Assembly: GCA_000708835.1 (NCBI GenBank)
Contig: DF237023.1
Span: forward strand, 62,001 to 126,000
Length of the DNA: 64,000 nt
Direction: 5' to 3'
From: Klebsormidium nitens
Taxonomy: Eukaryota > Plantae > Klebsormidiophyceae
A program made the translations under genes and the position numbers. Below the pieces are notes generated by a model. It saw only the letters and a program-made list of their open reading frames with translations. It was not told the origin of the DNA and searched no databases. Below are positions 1-13,100 of this stretch, piece by piece; positions within the stretch are counted from its first letter, which is position 1; each line of letters opens with the position of its first letter.

Positions 1-3000
1 GCTTACGACCGACCATGCGACGAAGAACCAATCGACGCTCGTGCCGAAGGCAGAGAAGAAGTCGCATGCGAAGTACAATGGACGGCCCAAGAAAGGTGAG
101 GGGTTTTGCGCATGTGCACGGTGCAATGGGCTGGCTTTCACAAAAGTTGTATGAACACTCTCAACTATGTCAAGGAACCTGTTTAAAACCTGCCAGCCAA
201 GCTTGTTCAATTTGCAGGCATTGTTTCCGCATCAGCAGACACCTTATGGAAGGAGTTGTGCAACTTGGTCATGACCCTGCAATAAAATGCAGATTCCTGG
301 ATGGGGTTTCTTCTGCATCCTCGTCTGCAAATGTTCGTTCTGTCTTCAATCTGACATGTCAGACAGCGGGCCGCCGCACCAGGCCCCACGTAGCTAAGGA
401 ATTGCACAATGATATTAAGGAGAAGTGTGATGCGATTGCCTGCTTGTTCTGCTTGAATTGCCAGAAATTGTAGCTGACAAATGAGTTACATTATTGTCCT
501 GGAACTTGGCCTGTCAATGACATTCCACACCTGAAAGGATGGGCTTTCTCCTGCTGGCGGCATAAAGATATACATGGAGTTTCCACTATGACCTAGTTTA
601 GCACATTCCTCTCTGTGAAAGGAAAGGCCACCAGCTAGGAGAACTCGCTCATATTGGCAGCTTCTTGGTGCACTTAGAGTGTCAGCAAGGGCCACAGAAT
701 ATATGCCTCTGAGAACCTGCGCTCAGGCACCAGCGGAGACTACAAGATTGAAGCGCACTATATGGTATTAGCAGGTGGCCAGGGCGGCAAGGGCACCTGG
801 ACTGGGAGCGGCAAGTTTGAGCTGCCGGATGACCTTGAGCCTGTGGACAAGAATGACCCTAACTATGACAGCGACGAGGTGAGCTGCTTCAACTGCTATG
901 TTAGCTCCATTCTGGTTATGCGCATATCGGTTCCAGACTCGTTTGGATGTTGGGTTGTCAAATGCATGCTGAGAACAGCTCCTTGAAAAATACTGCAGCC
1001 ACCTTCCGTCTCCTGGTGCGAAGTCCAGCGACCAGTCTCCTCGATCTCCCAACATTTTCAGCAGTCGGATTTTTTTCTGTCATTCTTTTGGCTAACCAGG
1101 GGTAGCAAGCAATTGTGCACTGGTTATCTGTAGCTTTCAATGCTTTTGAACGCAGGTTGGCAGAGCCTAAAAGATCGTGTGCCCACATTCCGGGCCGGTT
1201 CCAACTGATGTCTGATGCAATCAACACCCGGATTCCCATCGTGACCATTCGCTTCTTCACGTTTTTCAAACTCACCATCTGGTCTTTCAGGACGGGCACC
1301 GCTTCGTCGGAGCCGATCTGGCCAAATCAGTAGTGGTGTTCAAGGAGCGGGTTCTTACAATTATCGACGAGTACTTTGCATCGGACGATGTTAAGGAGGT
1401 GGCGGCCGCGCTGGACGAGCTAGAGGTGCCGGGGTTCCACCACCACTTCGTCAAGAAGCTTGTGTCCAGGTGAGCTTAGCAAATAGTTCCAAGTTCTAAG
1501 AGGCATTTTTTCTTAAACATTCAGAAGCATGCTGAGTCCGGTTATCACTCTGTCAGAGAGTCTCTTTTTTAGTCGAATTCCTGACAATCTGATTATGTCT
1601 TGGTAGATAAGAGCAGCACTTGAGAAAAACTACATGTCAAAAAGTAGTGAGTGTGAAGGAGGAATCAATCTTGATCCGATCCTATCCCCAGGTGGCTGAT
1701 TCGAGTTTGCACCGGATCACCCAGTCACTGCCCATTTTTTCTGACGGTCAGCGTATCAGAAGAACAACTTTTTGAGGCAGGGGATCTTATACCTTGCGAG
1801 TCTGGGCTCAGGGAGGGCCTCTCGGCAGAAGCCCGGAGCTCACCATGCCCCCTTCCTTCCCCTTCATAGAGCAATGGACAAGAACGACCGCGAGAAGGAG
1901 CAGGCGTCGGCGCTGCTCTCGGCGCTGTATGCTGACGTCATCGCGCCCGACCAGATGGCCAAGGGCTTCACCAAGCTGCTCGAGTCCGTGGAGGACCTGT
2001 CGCTCGACATCCCGGACGCCGTCGAGCTGCTGAGTCTTTTCCTGGCGCGCGCGGTGGTGGACGACATTCTGCCCCCGGCATTCCTGTCCCGCACAGGTGA
2101 AGTCAGCAGCTGGTTGCCTTGTCTCATTCCCGATTGTTATAGCGGACGGTGGGAGGCATTTGAGCGCAGTGGAAAAACGCGGCATGAGCCGTTCAGACTT
2201 GCTGGATGGGGGCGCTCCAGTTGACAAGCACGTTTGCTGGCAACCGGATACCTCAACTTGAACCCAAAGAGCTGTCCTCCGACATTACATGTCAAAGCGA
2301 AGACGTTCTGTTAACTTGACAATTCTTGGAAAAGCGGAAGTCTTTTTGTAGCTTTTTTGTGAAAACATCCCCCAGTTCTGCTTCGACGACCATTTAACCC
2401 GCAAACACCTGACACGTTCGCCTGCTGATGTCACACTTTCGCATCCTGCAGGCAAGTCTCTGGCCGAGGGATCCCTCCCTCAGACTGTAGTGCGCAAGGC
2501 AGAGGCGCGCCTGGGGTCGCGGCACGCCGCGGAGCGCGTCGAGCGGTGCTGGGGGGGCAGTACGAACAAGCACGTAGACGAAGTTAAGGACAAGATCAAG
2601 AAGCTGTTGCTGGAGTATGTGGACAGTGGGGATAAGGCGGAGGCGACGCGCTGCATCAAGGGGCTCAGCATGCCATTCTTCCACCACGAGGTCGTCAAGC
2701 AGGTGCGGGGTCGGAACGACTCGGGGCTCGCGATTGCATTTTTCGTTCCTTGTAGTTCGTTTGGGCTCTAGATTCATGAAGTTCTTGAAATCTGTCAAGC
2801 AGGTGCGAGGTGTACGATTGCTTGAGACTTGCTATGAAGTTCCTTAGCGCGTTTGTGCTCTGGGTTCATGACGTGGGTGTCAATCAGAGATGCAGAATCG
2901 AAGTGACCTCCGTTGAAGTAGCATCGGTCGAGTAGAAGGGGCATGTGCAAGGAATGCCAAGCCTCTTTAGTCGCAAAACGCCTGTTGAGATTCTTGCATA

Positions 3001-5664
3001 TTTCGACGTTATTAGCACTGTCTGGGCCCTGGAACAGCGATGGCAGTACCGGACTCTTGGCAGTCTCTCTCCCACGCTCCCATCAGACGCACGGTTGAAC
3101 ACGGCTTCCGAATTTTCCACCCTCTCCAGGCGCTGATTATGGCGATGGAACGGAAGAAGGCCGACCAGCTGCTCCTCGACCTGCTCGCCGAGACCGCCGC
3201 GTCGGGGCTCATCACGTCCAGCCAGATGGCGAAAGGCTTCGGACGCGTTTCGGACGCCGTCGACGACCTCTCGCTCGACGTTCCGGACGCCCGCGAGAAG
3301 CTCGCCGCGCTGGCGGGCCTCGCGACCGCGGACGGCTGGCTGTCCGAATCCGCGGGGAAGCAGCTGGACCACGAGCTGCACTCGCCGGTGGTGGGATCCG
3401 AGGCGACGCGCAAGTTCAAGGCCAAGGTCCGCACATTGATCCAGGTGGGTTCTACTATCAAACATTCGTTTTGTCCCTGGTTGCCGCTTGGCGCGTGTCT
3501 CGGGCGTGTCCGAATCTGCGGAAGAGCATTTCAGTTACCCTCGAACTTCCCGGAGGTGGTTGTTGGGGCGATGCACAAACTCGAGGCCTATGTGCTCACA
3601 CTCGTCAGACGGTCCGGCTTCCGATTTTGGAGGTGGGGTTTCCGTCCGAGCCGCTTATCGTTGTTCTCGGCCGTGACCGACTGTGCGGAAGAGCACTTGG
3701 ATCACGGTTGCCTTCGCCACTGGTGCATTCTGAGACGACAGCCAAGTTCAGAAGGAAGGGCTGATCCGAGTGAGTCTGACGCCCCGCTCTGGCCTTTCGG
3801 GCGTGTATTTGGTCCTTATCAGCAGCTTGGCATTGGTCCCCGGCTTGTCCAAAGATGCGGATGAGCATTTGATTCACGATTGCGTCTCTCGGTGGTGGGT
3901 TCTGAGGTGACGCGCAAGTCCAAGGCGAAGGCGCTTGCTCGGATCCAGGTGGTCTAACGCCCCGCTTTCGACTTTCGGACGTCAATCCCCCCTGCTGGCC
4001 GCTTGGCGTTGGTTTCGCCTCGTCCACTTGTGTCAGAGAGCAGTCAACCACCTTCGACGAACAATGAATGCACCAGAAGCGAGCCCGCTTCTTTCTCTCA
4101 AAAGTATACCTTCTGTTTAATTTATCTGATGCTAGTCTGCATTCAAACCCCTACAGGAATACTTCTTGTCTGACGACATCGGTGAGGTCACCCGCTCGCT
4201 CGACGAGCTGGGCCACCCGGAACTGCACCACGTGTTCGTCAAGCACCTGGTGACGTCGGCCATGGACCGCCATGCACGCGAGAAGGAGATGGCGTCTGCG
4301 CTCATCTCAGCCATCGATGCGGAGGTCGTATCGACGGACGAGATTGGCCGCGCGTTCCGGCTGCTGCTGGAGCAGGCGGAAGACCTGGCGCTCGACATCC
4401 CGGACGCCGCATACGAGCTCGCGCTGTTCCTGGCGCGCGCGGTCGTGGATGACGTTCTGCCGCCGCTCTACCTCTCGCAGGTGCGCAACTGCATTCTTGA
4501 GATTGTCGGGGCTTGAGGACTGGGGTTTCTGGTATACTGTCCCCTAGCCTTTCCAATGTAAACGCAATTTGTGCTTCATATGCCTAGCTTGTCAACAACA
4601 AATGCAGATTCATTAACTACGCGAATGTTGTCTCTTTTCGCTTTACGATATTTGCAGTGGCGCTTACCAGGCTGCCAGGCTGACAATTTTGGCTCTCTTA
4701 CGGCTCGGTCCAAGGATTGCCGTGTGATCTATCTCGACGGAGCATACAGGACGAAGCCAATCATGTCCTCTCCTGACGTTCTCAATTCGGGCCGCCTCCT
4801 TCAACAGGACCTGACGTCAACGACTCTCTTATCTCGTATGCTTAGCTTGGGTTTGAGCGCTGAGTCCGCAGGCACATTGCCGGCGAAAACAAATCTAAAC
4901 CTAAGAACCTTTCCGTCATCCTTCCAGGTGCAGAACCAGCTTAAGGACGGGTCTCTGGGTCAGGAAATAGTGCACACTGCAAGTGCGATTGTATCTGCGC
5001 GGCACGCCGGGGAGCGTGTGCTGCGCTGCTGGGGGGGCGGCGCGGGGCGCACTGTGGAGGACGCGAAAGAAAGCATCAAGAAATTGCTCGATGAATACGC
5101 CGCTGGAGGTGGGCTGATAGATTTTTCTCCTCACGTAGCATATAGAAACCGGGGATCCTGACGGCCGGGATTGTTTACCTATACGTCAGCTTCGTGGTGT
5201 TCAGGACTTTTGAGTCTCTGACTCCGCATGCGTTTATGCACTCGATCTGTGGTTTGTCGCTTCGGGAATCCAACCGACGCCTGCTCTCGCTGACGTCAGC
5301 CTTTCTCTGAAAGTGACGTCATCCTCCGGCAGGTACCATCACGGAGGCGTGCCAGTGCATCCGCGACCTGTCGCTGCCCTTCTTCCACCACGAGGTCGTC
5401 AAAAAGGCGCTCATTCTCGCCATGGAAAAGCAGACGGAGCGCCTGCTCGCGCTGCTCGCCGAAGCAGCGGCGCAGGGCCTTATTAGCACTAGCCAGATCG
5501 TCAAGGGTTTCGGCAGGGTTTACGACGCCTTGGACGATCTCATGCTGGACATCCCAAATGCGCGCACACTTCTTGAAGGGTTTGTGGGTAAAGCGAAAGA
5601 GGGGGGGTGGCTCCCGGCTGGGTTTGAGGCCCCCACTCGCGCGGCGAATGGAAAGGTGGAGTAA
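1..5664 (+). CDS. MA3-domain translation regulatory factor (PDCD4/MRF-like, four MA3 domains); 5' end lies before the window
   Basis: Hand-spliced GT-AG exons: <1-95, 775-878, 1291-1469, 1870-2096, 2452-2702, 3130-3444, 4157-4480, 4928-5108, 5333-5664 (TAA). Reading frame is continuous across them. Translation includes RPKKGGQGGKGTW, IIDEYFASDDVKE, AMDKNDREKE..LLSALY, LSLFLARAVVDDILPP, RHAAERVERCWGG and PFFHHEVVKK. The MA3 motif set occurs twice, giving four domains as in plant MRF proteins. Confidence 0.93.
2694..2890 (+). repeat. Degenerate tandem duplication of the MA3 exon-5 3' end and donor site (donor echo)
   Basis: GTCAAGCAGGTGCG occurs exactly at 2694-2707 (real donor) and 2794-2807. 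GTTCCTT..CGTTTG.GCTCT.G.TTCATGA recurs at about 2745-2778 and 2838-2871, followed by a third degraded GTCAATCAG at 2879-2887. Confidence 0.75.
3333..4060 (+). repeat. About 165-bp degenerate tandem array copying the last ~110 nt of MA3 exon 6 plus its donor (3 copies plus a partial)
   Basis: Real exon end is GGTGGTGGGATCCGAGGCGACGCGCAAGTTCAAGGCCAAGG...GATCCAG|GT (ends 3444). Copies end near 3610, 3769 (followed by GTGAGT) and 3948 (GGTGGTGGGTTCTGAGGTGACGCGCAAGTCCAAGGCGAAGG...GATCCAG|GT). A post-donor GCCGCTTGGCG-like motif follows each copy. Confidence 0.85.
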
Positions 5665-7165
5665 AGTACGGGGGAGTTAGGATCCGTTGTAAAGCAGACT
5701 AGAGATTGCAAGTGAGTGTTGGGTAGTCGCCCACGTCCGTACTTGTCGAGTCGGTTTGCTTTTGGTGTAAAGGGGAGAAAACTTACGAGATCAAACGGAG
5801 CCCAGAAGCGTATCTCTTTGCTGAACAAAAGACGGTTCAGGCTCAACGTTCGTTCTGAGAGCGGCGAGGCTAGATTTAGTGAAGAGGTATAGCGAGGCTG
5901 GTTGTGAAAGCCCCTCAAGCGCCAGCCTCGTCAAGCTCGAAAACTGGAGGTAAAACTGTACAAAAGGGAAGTTTTAACCAAAGTCAGCGGCCTCTCCTGC
6001 AATAGGGGGTTGCGTCACTCATGCACTTCTGATGTTGGCTGCAAGGTCTTGACCTTCAGATCTTATTTGAGCGGCAAAGGTGTTGCGACAAATGGGATAT
6101 AGAATCGTTGCAGAGGAGCTCCTACCACCTACAAAAAATCGTCACTCGCCTCTGAAGTGATTGGAGCACATGCTGCTATATCATTCTGTGGCAAGTGCGC
6201 GTTTCCCACTCTTTCTACAATTTTCACCAAGCGGGCCTATGCTGCATGTGATTTAAAAGATTGAGATGCGACGAATCTGCTAGTGGATTCATCATTTGCT
6301 AGGCTCTAGCTGATAAGTTGGTGGTACGTACGTTTTACAACAATTACATGCCTGGCATGTGCAGGCCGTATACCTGTCGTAAGTGGCGGGGCTGCATGGC
6401 CGCGGGCATGGCCAATTTCTGCAGTTTGATTCTTTTTTAGGCTTTGCGCAACCATGGATGTACGTATACACTTGCAGACGTGTATACAGCTTATCGACCA
6501 TCGTACGCGCAAATTCTGTATGAAAAGCGTCCATTCAATTAATGATGCACAGCTTCCTTAGGAACGGTCACGTCGAAGCTTAACCGCGGTATATATACAC
6601 GGTTTCGAGTTCATTAAAGTTGGATCCGAGGGACTGGCGGAGACGGATTAAGATAACGATGCACTGCGACGTACATGTCATATTCGCTTTGCAAAGCGAA
6701 AATGACAAGCCGGGCCGGAGCTCCAATGATACGCTGAGTCCGAATACTATACCTAACCGTGGCCTATAGTGTACACGCTCCTTAGTCCTCACTTTTTGAT
6801 TGCTCTGGGGCGCGATCCTTGCTTCAAGATCTCATATTGTGCTTGTCAAGACGCAATCACAAGCATAACGTGGACGGTGCAGACTCCACCGAGGCAAATG
6901 AAAGTTGACTGGAAGATGCTACTCATTTGAATCACTTGATTCTGACTTGGTCAACACTGTTGGATCTAATTACATAATGTACATAATCTATGTCAACGAA
7001 GACGGTCGGGCAAGACCGTTGACTCACCGGATGAGCTTCGGCAACGCGTTCTACGTGACCGCTGACGATTTGCTTTCAAAAAACCCTGATCCGTACTTCG
7101 ATTAAGGGCACGTCCTTCCAGCCTTTCGTGCGCATAATCGACCAACTCCTGGCGGGTAACGGCGC

Positions 7166-10100
7166 TCAATGACAAGAGGTCCCGTTAGTACCATTCATGG
7201 CGGGGGTTGCGCCGGGCTTGCTAGTTCCATTCATCGTAGGACCGGCAAATAGCTTGCTACTCCCGTTCACGGTCGGTGGAACGTCCACGCCAGGATTGCC
7301 GTCGAAGAAGTTGGCCGCCTTCAGTTTGAAGCCCACGTGCTCCACGGGCATCACGGGGAAGTCCTCGACACGTGTCGCGTGCGAGATGCCGAAGCAGTGC
7401 CAGATCACCGGGTCGTGGCCGGCAATCGGGCGGTCCTGCAGTAGAACCAGAGTCCAATGAAATAAAGCTCTTAGTGAGTTACTTACTTACTCGATGTAAG
7501 GCCTTGAGCTATGCACTTCCGGGAGAGCCGTGTGGAAGTTGGCAACGTCAATCCTCTTTAGACACAGCGCAGTGTCGCCTGGTGCCATGAATCTGAAATT
7601 AAGCGTCGGGGAACCGGTCGCCTTCGGCGACTGGCAAGCATGCCGTACCACCTTCCTGGTCGCCCCCGATATGGGCCACGTTGACACTTTTGTTAAACTC
7701 GAATTTTTGTGACAGTCGACCATGTCTGGCTTGTGGCAGACATGAACAGTCTGCATGCGTACGCCAGGTCTTTTATCTACGTACCCTGTTTTGACCTCAA
7801 ACCAGTCCCTAAATCAAGATGGGGGTTAGGAGATGTGCGCGTAACCCACCTGCTTGACCCACTCCGAAAGCCCAACGTTCCCTTTCGAACCGATGGTGTA
7901 GTCGCCCGCGGGGTAGCGTTCCCGGTCGTTGTACGGCGTGACCCACAGGTTCTTCATCGCGAACTGCGCGCGCTGGCCAATCGTGCTTTGCGGGTCCGCA
8001 AACACAAACGGATTGGGCGTGCCCACCAGCTTATATGCCACCGGCTTGCCTGCATAAGTCCGGAGACGTGGGGTTGAACATCGGCTCACCGCAGCCATGA
8101 GAACGGGGACTTTATTCGCAGTTTTCGACTCCTTGGTAGGGCGTGGCCACCAGCTTATACGCCACCCGCTTGCCTGCGTATAGACCGGAGATGTGGCGTC
8201 AACTCGGCAAGCCAGCCGTATAAAACGATAGCATCACAAAACAGCTTTGCAGAATTTCAAGTCGTTTGGGCGTAGCCATCAGCTTATACGCCACCAATTT
8301 GCCTGCATACGCGATTCTGGGTAGGCATGCTTGTTAATTGCTTTCGAAAGATATCTGTAGGCATCGTAAATTGTCAAAGTCGTCCCGTCGCAAACAATAG
8401 GAGGAGGGTGTCGGTGGAGATTGTCGCACGTACATCGAATTCTCATCAAGTCAGCCATGAGTTCAATGAGAGCAGCTTTCCGGAAGGACGACTGCAAACG
8501 GAAAGAACGTGAGTGCAAACAAAAGCACATCAAACACTCTTCGTAATGATTGAATATTTGATCCTGCTTTGCAATTGATTAGACTCATTCCACCTCTGCT
8601 GCTTACAAGCTTTAGCTTCTTAAGAATCATCACTAAGACAGCCTCCAATCTCAAACTGCTCAAACTGCTGAACTCAAGCTGGTGAGCGGGCCTGTTAAAC
8701 CTCTTCATGACAACAATATTCTCACCTGTGATAGGGTGGATCGAGTCGGGGTTCTTGATCTTCCAGACGCGGCCCTTGAAGGGATCCGCGCAGCGCATGG
8801 CTTTGAGCTCGCTGGTCAGGTCCGTTTCTACGGCCCGGAATCCGTTTCCGTGGGGATTTTTGGGACCGAGCGGCAAGGGCACAAAGTCTTGCTGCGACCG
8901 CGGAAAGAAGAAGAAGATGAGCAACCGTCGGTCCAGTTAGCAATGCGACGGGGAACATGTCAGAATATGGAAATCTCTTTTCTTCTGTCAAGTTGCCGCC
9001 TCATTCCACAGAACCGCCTGGTTCAGATCGGTTCAATTCGGTTTCAAGTCCTTTGCGCCACGAAAATTGCACATGGCTTGTTTGTGTCTCGGAGTCGAAG
9101 TCTAGCTAGATGAGCGCCGTGTTCTGAAACGAAACCAGCGGCACCGCGCCTGTGATGCCTGTTCATGGGACCAACTTGAACGCGCACAATCTGTAGCTAA
9201 AACCCTAAACGCTAGGAACACACAATATTCATCCGACCGTTCTGGTCACTCAGCCCAAGATTGATAGGGTCAGATTGCCCTAAATGCATCAGAAAGACAC
9301 AACTTTGTCCGCGGACTGCCCCTCCGATGAGCATACTCAAGAGTTAGGCCGATGCAATCGGTCATATCGTTCACGGAACATCCTCAAGCTTCGTAGCTTT
9401 AGAAGTCTTGTGACCCAGAATGACCAACAGCGAAACCCGAACCAACACCAACTCGAGACCCAGCGTCAATCTCAGATCCAGGGCTAAAGCGAAGAGGTCC
9501 TCAGAAAGAACCGCCCATGTAATTCGTGCCGATCTACTAGCTTTCTCACGTTAGGACAGGATCTTCCTTGAAGAGACCCAAAGCAAACCCAAGATCAACA
9601 GCCAATTCAACGGCGACTGAGCTTTCTTTGCAACATACCTCAGACACAACGAGGGCCGCGCCGCCGTCGGGATCGTCCACCGCCATGTCCAACCGGGCGC
9701 AAAACATGTGCTGATGGTGCTGGGCGTTTACGCCCGGGGCAACTAGAGTGCCGAACTCCGGGTCATCTTCGCCGGGGCTGAGCAGGTTAGTGCTCAGTTC
9801 GCCCGTCAGTTTGATCTCGAACTCGATGGTGCCGTCTTGCTGGAAATACCAGTTGAAGTTGTACCTGCCGGAGTGTCAAAGCGTCAGGGTCAGGTTGATG
9901 AGTAAAAGAGTTGACACTTGCGAGGATGGGAATGAGAATCACACCATTGTTGAATAGTGCCGTACTCTGGATCGACATCGCCAGGACTTGGCAATCTGTG
10001 ATCAGTTCCCCGTCAGTTCGATTTCGAACTCGGATTGTGCCGTCCTGCAAAAAGTACCAGTTGTCGAAGCAAACCTGCAGTGGGCAATTGGGTTGGGTAA

Positions 10101-13100
10101 GTGTCAGAGATTCGGAGACAAACTTGGAGGTCCAAGTCGGACACTCAAGAAAGTGTGCGATGACGAGCTCCATACTGCTGGTCTCACTCAGGTGAACACC
10201 CGGGTAAGTCCCGTTTAGTAATATGATCGTGGGGTCAATTCTCCAACACGGAAAGACTGCTGCTTTGTTTCTCCCTTCCTGCGCTCCCGACGTTCTGTCG
10301 CTTAGAATCAGGAAGTTGGCAGAACTGCTGGACGCTTCGTCCATAGCTTACTAACAGCCCTACGAAAGGTTGCGATTCGAGTTTACATCTCGTATCCAGT
10401 AGCGACTCTGACCCCGACGATCAAATCAGCTTCTCGTGCTCGCCAACCAGGGTCCTCTTCATAACAGCCGCTCACAGCTGAAATCGAACATTAAAAGACA
10501 TACATCCAACCAGTGAATTCATTGAACAAACGTAGACCAAGGGATCGAATATTTCGCCGTAATTTCAACGAACCAGACCGATTGACTCGGCGAAACAATG
10601 AAACAGAGGCAGACAAACTTCTTTGGCTTTTTGCTCTAGATTCAAATAAAGCACGAAATCTCCCTGCTCGCCGAGAGACATAGTTCCAGCTTTTTGGTTC
10701 CCCTACTCGGATTGATACTCCACAAATACGAGAGGTTCGCTCACTCGTAGTTAACGACAGTGCTGGTGAAAGACAGGACGAGCCGCCGAGAGCGGCGACT
10801 CTCGGAGTGTCCGTTGCGGTACTCCATGTGCTTCCATAACAAACCCACGTCCTCCTCGTGCACGCACACCGCCTTCTTTACTTCCCACGGTTCTCCTGCG
10901 AACAGGGTCCAGAAGGTGGGACCTCGATGGATTTGTGAGTTCGTAACGAGACGTGCGGAACGCATGGTTAGCGCCTAGTCATCGGGTGAATCATACCGAT
11001 TACGATCATGCGGGGCTGCCATGAACAATGTCGAGAAAAGCGCGGAGTAGCCAATCTTTTGGTGAAACCTTTGGATACCGTGTTGATAAAGGGTTATGAT
11101 GACCAACGGCAGGGGAGAGAAGGGAAGTATAGAGTTTTGATTCGGTCCCAGTATGGAGGCGAGTCACTTCTGGGTTTAAGGGCGCCTGCTTCATCTTTTC
11201 CCCTGAGTGTGAATCTTAGTCACCATGCTTTTGCTCAAGAAGAAAGGAGTGGTCCCAAGAATAGCAGTTTGAGATTGCACTTCCCAGACAAAGGGGTGTC
11301 AAAGAGTTATTAAACGACTCTAACCGGTGCACAAAGTACGAACGAGCGGATGGTTTCAGGTCGTAGGCAAATACCTAGGGAAAGCACTGGGACTGAACGC
11401 GGGCAGACTGACCAGCAAAACCCGACGATGGGCACGCATCAAACACATGGAACTCAACGCAAAAAGGTGGACAAAGAAAGTTCAAGATTGGGTACATTAC
11501 GGAAGCTTTCAAAGCTGCATTGGAGACGCGGTTTAGCGACGTACCTTTGCTGTCGTTCATCAGCCCGTCAAAGTAGAAGATGTTGCCGACGCAATCGCAG
11601 CCCAACTCCAGACTGTTGGCGCAGAAGCCCAGCCCGTCTGTTCCGAGGACGGAAAAACTCTTGCTCAGAGAGTGGTCGCTGTTTACCACACTTGGTAACC
11701 CGGTGCTTAACCACACTCTGAGCATGCTCTTTGGTTGAAGGACACCTAACCGGGCGATAAACAGGTTCGGTGACCAGGACTTTAGGATTACAAAGACGAC
11801 GAATTCGTTTTGTTAAGAGTGCTCAGACCATATTGCAGCAAGATTCATCGAAACGTGTCCACTTATCGTCCCCGTGAAGTAAAGCACTACACAATGACAA
11901 AGCGACATGCGACGAACAGTGGAACGCGACTCACAGTCACCGACGTCGAACGCGCACTTGCGGTGGAACGGCGGGTTTGTGTCGGCGTATGGCACCGCCA
12001 TCTCCACGAGCGAGGCGCGGTGGACGATCGGCCTGACCTTCCCGTTATCTTCATACCTGCAAAGTAACGGCCAACAATCTGATACTTTCTCCGGCCAACC
12101 TGTTTGATTGCAAAGGGGAAAGCAAGGATTCTTACCCGCGAAGTGGAAGCCCACAGCCTTATCCCTCTCCAACCAGTATCTCTGATCAACGGTACAAACA
12201 AGCGCTTCTCTCTCACAATGAAGAAGGAAGAGTCGAGACTGGGTAGACAACAAGAGCCCCGTCAGCGCCAACTTTAAGCTTACACGGACCGAGAATCACG
12301 GCAGAGAGACTCTGTTTGCAGGTACACTTCAGGCGTAAACAACCGTCGAGAAACTGCATTTGGGTTAGCCGTACGAAACGGGGGTGCGCTTAAGGAACCT
12401 CTGAGACGGGACGAAGCAAAACAACTTCGCTACAGAGCTCGATGCGCAACCCTCGAGGGGTCCACCGGCGTTGGGGCTTCTATAAAGAGCGAGCAGTCAC
12501 GTCCGTGTGGTTAATGCATGATGAGTCGAGCACCGGCAAACGAGATTCCGGGGATCTCCTGACCAATATCCGATCCATCTGGCTTTTTTCATCTAAGTGG
12601 CAACTCTAGGGGCTTAGGCAGAGACGAGTCAAACTCCGACAATCCAAACCCGGGAAACTTTCCGACCCACGTCAGCCCTTATCGTCGGAGGATCGGGTGA
12701 GATGCCAAACATACCCGACGTTATGAAGGACTAGCCCCTCTCGGGAGTTGAACGAGACGCGGATGTGCCACTTTTGCCACTTGATCAGATTGCCCTCCAC
12801 CGTGAAGCTGGGCCCCTCCGGTTGCACGATGTTCAAAGGCTTCAAATCCGTCCGCCATTCCTTTTCCATCAGGTTGCGGTGGTAGTTGACGTTGCGGTCA
12901 GGGATGTGGGGCGGAGCCTCGTATTGCTTGTCAATGCGCACAATCTGCAGAGCACCAAAGATTGTCTAGCCGGCGTCGAATTATCACGACGTCCCCCGTG
13001 GATGACGATGAAGTGGCGTCTTTCGTAGTTGGAATTTTGAAAGGCGACTCAATGAAGGTCTCAGCACAGTTTGACTCCGAAGTAACAAAAGTCCTGTTTG

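Noticed and set aside
595-775. Possible acceptor echoes in MA3 intron 1 (GCACT...AGCA.G.GGCCA-like repeats), plus faint donor-like echoes in MA3 introns 3 and 7
   Set aside because: The similarity is short with inconsistent offsets and cannot be separated from chance by eye. It is worth including in a computational scan.
1291-5664. Internal duplication within the MA3 coding exons
   Set aside because: This is the normal four-MA3-domain architecture of plant MRF proteins.
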